Shown: positions 57,450 to 64,000 of the stretch, piece after piece
How positions within the stretch are numbered: the stretch's first letter is position 1
How the letters are laid out: every line of letters begins with the position of its first letter
IMG/VR virus record: IMGVR_UViG_3300034418_006779
Location: 45,079-109,078 of that record
DNA: 64,000 bases
Reading direction: 5' to 3' (one strand)
From: a virus
Program-made: the position numbers and the translations under genes
The notes under the pieces: generated by a model
Database searches by the model: none
What the model was told of the DNA's origin: nothing
What the model saw: the letters and a program-made list of their open reading frames with translations, nothing else

Positions 57450-57712
57450 CGGTAACCGTCTTTAAACTTATAACGCTTGTTGCGCTTATATGTTTTGCCT
57501 TTTAGGTTACATGATGTAAGGCATTCGTTGATTCGAGAACACACCTTCTTAGGTATGTTCTTTTTGATGTATCCTCCTTTACGAATAAGCTTATGTGCTT
57601 TCTTTTTAGAGAGACCTGTAATCTCTATAATAAGATGCACTTGCTTCTTTGTTGGCTTAGTGGATACTATCTTGAGGTGGAAATGATGTCCGGGGTAATT
57701 TTCCATGATCAT
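57446..57712 (-). CDS. Divergent bL12 C-terminal-domain-like basic protein
   Basis: VHLIIEITGLSKKKAHKLI...IKKNIPKK...INECL matches the bL12 CTD helix pattern. Confidence 0.5.
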   Translation of the reverse strand: MIMENYPGHHFHLKIVSTKPTKKQVHLIIEITGLSKKKAHKLIRKGGYIKKNIPKKVCSRINECLTSCNLKGKTYKRNKRYKFKDGYR

Positions 57713-57947
57713 CAAGTAATCTTTGGATTCTAATTTCTTGAGCCTGGATCTGGTTTTCCAGACGAGCGATAGTCTTACCTGCTTCTTGAATGATATCATC
57801 CTTGATCCATTGCTCCAGTCCGTATGATAACGAGAGGAAACCAAGGGCTATGAAGCAACAAAAGCCGGTGAACTCGGGTTTATAGAGAGTAAAGACAATC
57901 AAAAACACCGCAGTCCAAATAGATATGGTGGATATTCTATTTTTCAT
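57657..57947 (-). CDS. Small membrane protein
   Basis: Two TM segments plus a coiled coil. Confidence 0.55.
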   Translation of the reverse strand: MKNRISTISIWTAVFLIVFTLYKPEFTGFCCFIALGFLSLSYGLEQWIKDDIIQEAGKTIARLENQIQAQEIRIQRLLDDHGKLPRTSFPPQDSIH

Positions 57948-58144
57948 AAAGCCTTAATACTTTTGATCTTTTTCAGGATTTGTTTCACTTCTTCTAGGGC
58001 AAACGCGATGTCCTCGCCTGTATGGTCATTGGACACGGTAAGAGTTACTAGTACTTCACCATCAGTATCGGAGTAACAGAGCTCCTCTATTCGAGGATCA
58101 TGCTCTTTCATCATTGATGAATCGTAAAGGAATTTTACTTTCAT
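57944..58144 (-). CDS. Hypothetical protein
   Basis: 66-aa ORF. Confidence 0.55.
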   Translation of the reverse strand: MKVKFLYDSSMMKEHDPRIEELCYSDTDGEVLVTLTVSNDHTGEDIAFALEEVKQILKKIKSIKAL

Positions 58145-58217
58145 GATAATTAATTGATTAAGAAAGAGCGCGATGTCGGGGAGACACCACGCTCAATACA
58201 AGCTGATAATCCAAAAC

Positions 58218-58601
58218 TTACTTCTTGGGGTCACTAGGCTTTGCAAGCCATGACATGAGTCTTCCTGCTCTTGTAGCGTTGTCTGCGAGAAACTCAACAT
58301 CTTTCTTTGAAAGAAAGAAGAGAGAATAATTACCTTTAACGTCTCTTGCTCTCAGAACACACGCTGATGGTGATTCATTTGTGATCATCGCAGCTACATT
58401 AGGATGTTCTGCTTGATGAGTGAGATAAAGACAATAGAGGTGATCATGAATCTCATCAAGATCAGGAGCATTAGTGGGATTGTTAGCAACAGTAGTTACA
58501 ACAATAGCATCGATCTCATCTCGATACTGGTCATACCAGTCTGTGAAGTTGAGAGTTTCTGCGTTTTTTGGGTACTTGATTGGCCGGTAATTCTGTGCCA
58601 T
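58218..58601 (-). CDS. Hypothetical protein
   Basis: 127-aa ORF with A-rich leader. Confidence 0.6.
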   Translation of the reverse strand: MAQNYRPIKYPKNAETLNFTDWYDQYRDEIDAIVVTTVANNPTNAPDLDEIHDHLYCLYLTHQAEHPNVAAMITNESPSACVLRARDVKGNYSLFFLSKKDVEFLADNATRAGRLMSWLAKPSDPKK

Positions 58602-58966
58602 GATAAAAATGTTTGTTGGTTGAACATGTGGGTTAAAAACAGCAGGAGGGGAAAAACATAAAACCCCTCCCTTAATTTGCTGTCTTCTAATAGCCCTAAT
58701 AGTAAAAACGAAGGGAGTTCTGGGCTCCCACCATTAAGAGGATTAGTACTCATTGAGTACTTTCATACCGTGGGGATCATCCTCATTAGAATCCTCCACA
58801 ACTTCTTCGACAGCCACTATTCTCATCTTTGCGGAATTAAAGTGGGTCTCCGAGAAGATGACCCACCCCTCTTGCTTGGGGTAGGCATCTCTGATCATCT
58901 AAACAAAAATACTAAAGGACTGATCAATTTGACCAGCCCTAAAGTCACTATGTGATTTTTGAGCGA

Positions 58967-60091
58967 TTATTGCTCAAGCTGATGGGTTACATCAGTTACG
59001 TTGTCCATTGACTGGGTGAGAGCTGCTTTTCTTGCTACCAAGTACTTCCGAGCACTACTGTTTTCAGGAAGCTTTGTGAGCTGAGCATCAATCAGGTTCA
59101 GTTGATCAATGGTTGAGCTGATCTGGACTTTACCGAGCTTACTGGCTAATGCCAGCTGAGCATTTACTTTGGACATGTTGTCCGCGTGGTTGATCTTGAT
59201 TTGAGAAGCTGTGCTACGCTGAGCTTTACGCTCCTCTTTGTAGCTCTCCTCTGCATCAATCCAATCGGTAGCCTCACACCACTCCAGTGAAGGGATGTTC
59301 ACGTCGAAATCGATTCTGGATGAATCAATGATCTCAATGGTGCCTCCTCCGTGAAGTGGACGCTCTGACGTGGTGATTCCTGGCACTTGGCATGTAGCCA
59401 TAGCTTTCAGGTATCCACCTGAGTCGGGGAGCTTCTTCATCAGGAGCGTCATCAGGGTATCCTGACGTTGGTAGGTTGCATCAGCGGCCTTCTGCTCATC
59501 CTCCATTTCTTCCTGCTTTTTCGGTAGGTTTTCGTGGATCCACAGGTCTTTGGTTGTACGAATGATTCTGGCTGTGCCGTCATCATCAGTTTCACCAATT
59601 ACCATGGCTTGGATGAGGAAGTTTTCCGATCCTGCTTTAGGGCGAACCCAAGCGAACTGACCAGTTTTGCGCTTGATGACCTTCATGGTTACTTCAGTCT
59701 CACGACCACGATTTTGGACTTCGGCTTCCTGCACCTCGTAAGCTGGGCTTTGAGGATTGGTAGGCTGGTAGTACAGGCGACCATTCAGGCGCTTAACTGT
59801 TCCGGGTTTGTGGTCTCCCATGTCAGGATTCTCTTCAGAGGGCGTCTCTGGGTTGAGAGCTGTCTGAATGTCATCAATCAAATCCATGAGAGAATCGTGA
59901 TCGGTTTCATCGTACTGGTCCATTTGCAGGCCAGTGGTAGTACCTTCTGAAAGGAGAGCCATAAGAGCTTCAGCTTTTGCGGCTTGCTCCTCTGCTGTGG
60001 AGGTATCGTCTGCCATGAGGGCTACTTTGAGTGCCACAAGCTTGTCTTTCTGCTCCTGAGTGGGTTGTGCAACTAATAATTCGGTAAACAT
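58967..60091 (-). CDS. Hypothetical protein
   Basis: 374-aa ORF; no motif recognised. Confidence 0.75.
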   Translation of the reverse strand: MFTELLVAQPTQEQKDKLVALKVALMADDTSTAEEQAAKAEALMALLSEGTTTGLQMDQYDETDHDSLMDLIDDIQTALNPETPSEENPDMGDHKPGTVKRLNGRLYYQPTNPQSPAYEVQEAEVQNRGRETEVTMKVIKRKTGQFAWVRPKAGSENFLIQAMVIGETDDDGTARIIRTTKDLWIHENLPKKQEEMEDEQKAADATYQRQDTLMTLLMKKLPDSGGYLKAMATCQVPGITTSERPLHGGGTIEIIDSSRIDFDVNIPSLEWCEATDWIDAEESYKEERKAQRSTASQIKINHADNMSKVNAQLALASKLGKVQISSTIDQLNLIDAQLTKLPENSSARKYLVARKAALTQSMDNVTDVTHQLEQ

Positions 60092-60138
60092 GTTTAATAA
60101 GGATTAAATGAATGATAAAAGTTTGCAAAAGAACGTGT

Positions 60139-60363
60139 CTATCTATTTCTGATTTTCAAAAGGAATAGAAAGAATGATATCATGACTGCAATTGCAGGTA
60201 TGACTCCAATTATTTCAGGCATATGTAGGATAAAGTGTCCTATACGTGCCCAAATATTCCCGCTAATAGATGGCAGGGCGTACCCTAACGCTATTAAAGG
60301 GATGATCAAAAAGGGTATACTTTTTTTATCCATGGTTTTTACGGGGTTTGCGGTTAAGGGCAT
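60139..60363 (-). CDS. Small membrane protein
   Basis: Two TM segments. Confidence 0.5.
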   Translation of the reverse strand: MPLTANPVKTMDKKSIPFLIIPLIALGYALPSISGNIWARIGHFILHMPEIIGVIPAIAVMISFFLFLLKIRNR

Positions 60364-60584
60364 AAATGTAAGCTATGATACATGCCACAACAATAATAGT
60401 CATAAGTTCTATTTTAACGGATTGGATGATCAGCGCATCTAAATGAACGGAGTGACTTAACAGCATTCCCGTGCGCCAAAAGCGGGAATAACCCAACCCT
60501 GCTATGAAAGCGAAGGGAAGAAGTCCGTATTTAACGAGGGTCCTGTCGGGAGTAGGCGTAATTAACGTCTGCGGCCCTAAAAAA

Positions 60585-60600
60585 AGGGGCCGAAGCCCCT
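60585..60600. terminator. Hairpin/terminator
   Basis: AGGGGC-TTCG-GCCCCT followed by a T-run on the - strand. Confidence 0.7.
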
Positions 60601-60606
60601 CCTTAA

Positions 60607-60900
60607 TTAAACTTTTGATATTGCCTCTGCAGGCAAGAGTATTTCAGGATACCCATCCTCGTGTTTCATTATGACGTCTTTACCATCATAAGTCATTCTT
60701 GCAAGCTTCTCCATGATTACATGGAAGCGATCAGTGCTAATCATAACCACTGTACCACCACCCCAATCACGGCAATGCGCGTCAATCCACTCTCTCGACA
60801 CGGTGTTTACTACTTCACCATTAGAAAGACATAGATACTCTCCAGTCTTTTTTATGGGATAGAATACAAAACCTTTACGGTAATCAATAATTAGTTTCAT
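60607..60900 (-). CDS. Hypothetical protein
   Basis: 97-aa ORF. Confidence 0.6.
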   Translation of the reverse strand: MKLIIDYRKGFVFYPIKKTGEYLCLSNGEVVNTVSREWIDAHCRDWGGGTVVMISTDRFHVIMEKLARMTYDGKDVIMKHEDGYPEILLPAEAISKV

Positions 60901-60932
60901 AGTTTTATAGTTTAAATGTTATTTCCTCTTGA

Positions 60933-61145
60933 TTAGCTAAGACTATGCAGACACTGATGGTGTGTCCAAAATCTTACACTCCGGATACCGTTATGCTCAA
61001 GCCTCATATTATGCTTTTCGCAAAACTTACATAGCTTCTCTAGGTCATCTACAGATGATAGTCTAAACTCATCAGGTGACCCCGGCTCAAAGTACTCACA
61101 TTGTACCTCAAACACGTCTGTTTTCATTATGAATTTTAGTGTCAT
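60933..61145 (-). CDS. Hypothetical protein
   Basis: 70-aa ORF, ATGA-coupled. Confidence 0.5.
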   Translation of the reverse strand: MTLKFIMKTDVFEVQCEYFEPGSPDEFRLSSVDDLEKLCKFCEKHNMRLEHNGIRSVRFWTHHQCLHSLS

Positions 61146-61357
61146 AAGTCTAAATGCTGGTCTAATATTTCAGCACATTTCTTATCTTCATCGTACTCAA
61201 GTATCTCAGGCGATACATCGTGGTCAATCTCAGTGTGTTTATCAGTACACAGTCTGTGCTCCTGATAAAATGGCATGAGTGTTAATCCTTCCTTACCTCG
61301 TAAGTGTTGGATCTGTAGCTTACACTCATTACAAAAGCTTACCATGATTGGTCCCAT
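61142..61357 (-). CDS. Small putative zinc-binding protein
   Basis: CNEC...HRLC motif. Confidence 0.5.
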   Translation of the reverse strand: MGPIMVSFCNECKLQIQHLRGKEGLTLMPFYQEHRLCTDKHTEIDHDVSPEILEYDEDKKCAEILDQHLDL

Positions 61358-61363
61358 ATTAAA

Positions 61364-62059
61364 TTACTTAAAAAGTATCTCGTCAAATTTACTTTCAAGT
61401 ATAGATATACACATCCATACATTACCATCATCCTCTTCCTTAGGTCCGCACCACTCTAAATGATGCAGTCCGGTCTCATTAGCCACAAACTTACGCCCTA
61501 GCTTAGATAACTGCTGAAGCATGTTCCCATACTTCTTATCAGTTAATGGGGCAGCAATAGATATTTCCACATCACCACTGCGCAGTTCCTTTCGTTCAAT
61601 TACCCAGCTCTTGTTCTTCTTGATATCAATAGAAGGTTTAAGATCTAGCCTACTAATACCGTAGAGTGTCCGATCCTCTACCGCACATATTCTCACCTGC
61701 TTTCGTTCGTATAAACACTCAGCAGCTCTCTCATTAAGTTGAGCAAACTGTTGATATGAATACTTAACAAACCGTTCAGGGTTAACAACGAAATCAGGAA
61801 AGCACTCATCCCCAATATCACCCTTTCTGCTGATACCAATATACGTGCCCTTATTTCTACCCTCTTTCTGAAGATAATAAATGTTGGCATTGTACCTGTC
61901 TACTAATACTTCTGGTTTTATCATGATTATAAATGGTTGTAGAGCCCCTCCGAAGAGAGGCTCTGGGTTAAACTTATTTAGGTAATACTCCGTTGTCCAT
62001 CCAATAGACATAGTCTTCTCTTTGTTTGGTAGGAGTACATGGTCCAAGCTCACGCTCAT
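61364..62059 (-). CDS. Hypothetical protein
   Basis: About 215-230-aa ORF. Confidence 0.65.
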   Translation of the reverse strand: MSVSLDHVLLPNKEKTMSIGWTTEYYLNKFNPEPLFGGALQPFIIMIKPEVLVDRYNANIYYLQKEGRNKGTYIGISRKGDIGDECFPDFVVNPERFVKYSYQQFAQLNERAAECLYERKQVRICAVEDRTLYGISRLDLKPSIDIKKNKSWVIERKELRSGDVEISIAAPLTDKKYGNMLQQLSKLGRKFVANETGLHHLEWCGPKEEDDGNVWMCISILESKFDEILFK

Positions 62060-62474
62060 GCCAAGCTACATACTCGTGGTAAGTATGTTCTATGGTACAG
62101 AATGCACCATTTGGGATAGCAGTATGAATACCTACTTGCTCTACTGATTCATGACATATACTTTTCCACGCATCTCTCCATTTGTCCTCATCGAATTCCC
62201 CATTGTATACAAATTCATCATGATTCAAGTATAGCGCTTTCATGCTTCGCTTACTCTGTCCAAGGACATCACACCAATGATCAGCATAGTCAAGGCGCTT
62301 CAGTCTCTCAATCTCAATCTCTTGCCACCTTTCCATCTCTTGATCTTCTTCAGACATAGCCCAGAAGTCTTGACCAGCTTCATCACACTCGTTTTTTTCT
62401 CCCTGACAAGTATAACACAGGGTTGTTTCGAAACCTTCTAAAGGCTCGCCACAATTTCTACATTTGTCACTCAT
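61974..62474 (-). CDS. Zinc-finger hypothetical protein
   Basis: CRNCG...CYTC N-terminus. Confidence 0.65.
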   Translation of the reverse strand: MSDKCRNCGEPLEGFETTLCYTCQGEKNECDEAGQDFWAMSEEDQEMERWQEIEIERLKRLDYADHWCDVLGQSKRSMKALYLNHDEFVYNGEFDEDKWRDAWKSICHESVEQVGIHTAIPNGAFCTIEHTYHEYVAWHERELGPCTPTKQREDYVYWMDNGVLPK

Positions 62475-62479
62475 AATTA

Positions 62480-63826
62480 TTAAAATGGTAATTCTTTATA
62501 CGTCCAATAGTCACATACATTCTCTTCAGTAACAATATCTGCATGATCACACATCCAGTCATCAATTGCAGTCTCAGTTAACTTTGAGAATATTGGGGTG
62601 TTGGGCCACTCTGCTTGAGGAAGCCTGACTCTCCAATCCTCATACCTCCACACTACACTAGGTAGATTTGGTCCAAACATCGGTTGGGTCTTCACTAACC
62701 AATTGCGATAAGCAATCTTAGAGGCCTCAATATCACAGTATGACCCCATAGGCAAGGAGTGCTGCCAAGGACACTCGTGTAAGTCCCATCTACTATTATC
62801 ATACAGCGCACTGTCCCAGAACGCCTCGTTATCTTGAGGGTTCCATCTCACATAGCCGTTATAGCATATACACAAATCCTCATGAAAATCAGGAGGACAT
62901 GGAGCTATCTCATTGACTGGAGGTCCAACATAGAGCGTTTGACTCATTGCGGCCTCTTCACATCTATGGCAACAACAGTCTGGTTCATCAGTACATGGAC
63001 CTCCTACTGCCTTTTGCTCATTAATATATTCCCACATGTGTTCATCCATAGGTGGAGCTAGGATAGCATCAGGCTGCGTGTCCTTCCAGTCTTGTTCAGC
63101 TGAAAGCTGCTCTAAGTACATGTTGTTACACTCACTAGAGCATAACTCATAAGGGTCACATGGTTCTTCATCAGCCACATCAGGATCTTCTCCATGATAG
63201 TAAGCCTCTAATCCTCCAGCATCAATGATGGCTTGTTCTATTCTTGCTTCCCTCATCATCTTAGGTACATCATACATCTGCTTGAATAGATCTAGTACAT
63301 CACTACGAGTTGGTTCATGAACATTGTGTCTTTCAGGCGTAGTCACCAAGCTAGCTGAGTAGCTGCCTGGGTCTATCTCAACACAATACAGTGCTCCAAG
63401 ATACTCTACTGTTGGTAAAGGTCCCCAGTATTTCTCCTTCTCAGTCATGTCTGCTTCCATGGCTTCCTGAACTTGAGTATAAAAACTATCAGTGTTCTCC
63501 TTCCAGACACAATACAGTGCTTCCCATGTTATCTCCTTTATGGGGATGTTACAGTAGCTCATAGCTAGTTCAATAAAGCGAGTGTCTCCAAACTCTTGGT
63601 CAAGGAGTACCTTAAATTGCACCATCTCCCAAGGACTGGTCTTCTCAGGTACAACAAAGTCTAGACCTACGCCCATCTCTAGCTTACGTCTGCCGTCCTC
63701 ATTCTCCCACAGTTCATAGTGGCGATCCTGGAACTTACCCCATGTCTCATCAATACTGTTCCAGACTTGCTGAGGCAGTCCAAGATGAGCAATTACAAAT
63801 ACGAATGGTTTGAATGAATTTTTCAT
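62480..63826 (-). CDS. Acidic Cys/Trp-rich hypothetical protein
   Basis: 448-aa ORF with several Cys clusters. Confidence 0.7.
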   Translation of the reverse strand: MKNSFKPFVFVIAHLGLPQQVWNSIDETWGKFQDRHYELWENEDGRRKLEMGVGLDFVVPEKTSPWEMVQFKVLLDQEFGDTRFIELAMSYCNIPIKEITWEALYCVWKENTDSFYTQVQEAMEADMTEKEKYWGPLPTVEYLGALYCVEIDPGSYSASLVTTPERHNVHEPTRSDVLDLFKQMYDVPKMMREARIEQAIIDAGGLEAYYHGEDPDVADEEPCDPYELCSSECNNMYLEQLSAEQDWKDTQPDAILAPPMDEHMWEYINEQKAVGGPCTDEPDCCCHRCEEAAMSQTLYVGPPVNEIAPCPPDFHEDLCICYNGYVRWNPQDNEAFWDSALYDNSRWDLHECPWQHSLPMGSYCDIEASKIAYRNWLVKTQPMFGPNLPSVVWRYEDWRVRLPQAEWPNTPIFSKLTETAIDDWMCDHADIVTEENVCDYWTYKELPF

Positions 63827-63874
63827 GTCTTCTGTTTAAATGGTTTATATTGATTTGATTAGTTACTAAAGAAA

Positions 63875-63890
63875 GAGCCCCGAAGGGCTC
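63875..63890 (-). terminator. Intrinsic terminator
   Basis: GAGCCC-TTCG-GGGCTC followed by TTTCTTT. Confidence 0.7.
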
Positions 63891-63898
63891 CTTAGACA

Positions 63899-64000
63899 TT
63901 ACTTGTCAGCTTCTACGTTAGCCAATGCTTCAGCCAACTTCTCCTCTGATTCTACAAGCTCAACCTCGGGCTTTGTGTAGGTCACCTTTTGGGTCACCTC
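63899..64000 (-). CDS. 3' end of a truncated CDS
   Basis: Open frame EVTQKVTYTKPEVELVESEEKLAEALANVEADK* running off the window edge. Confidence 0.55.
   Translation of the reverse strand, partial: EVTQKVTYTKPEVELVESEEKLAEALANVEADK

Noticed and set aside
1-64000. Genome-wide stop codon reassignment (TGA or TAG), as seen in some crAss-like phages
   Set aside because: The 6255-aa ORF and the replication genes are intact in the standard code, and TGA and TAG end genes at sensible, often coupled, positions.
20060-64000. CRISPR array or repeat-spacer mini-array
   Set aside because: No regularly spaced direct repeats were seen; the intergenic structure is inverted repeats.

Overview
A 64 kb segment of a crAss-like (Crassvirales-type) phage genome, probably infecting a Bacteroidota host. 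The + strand (1-20059) carries the end of a putative cargo gene and a 6255-aa virion RNA polymerase polyprotein (DFDVD catalytic motif, with PD-(D/E)XK nuclease and HExxH zincin motifs). It converges at a terminator near 20.1 kb with a long - strand region. That region holds a replication module (resolvase-like nuclease, UDG, primase, Sak4-like ATPase, DnaB-like and SF2 helicases, and a family B DNA polymerase split by two group I introns with GIY-YIG endonucleases) and then many small early or accessory genes (M23 peptidase, lytic transglycosylase, AAA ATPase, two bL12 C-terminal-domain proteins, a T9SS-cargo-like protein). The most striking observation is nine tRNA-shaped RNAs on the - strand. 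All keep an acceptor stem and a canonical T arm, but none has a normal anticodon loop. They include a circularly permuted tRNA inside a larger structured RNA, a 44-nt minihelix, a mini-tmRNA-like RNA, two with UGGU-capped anticodon arms and an initiator-like tRNA reading UCA. Several hairpin-dense intergenic RNAs lie among them. All structures were folded by eye and need computational confirmation.
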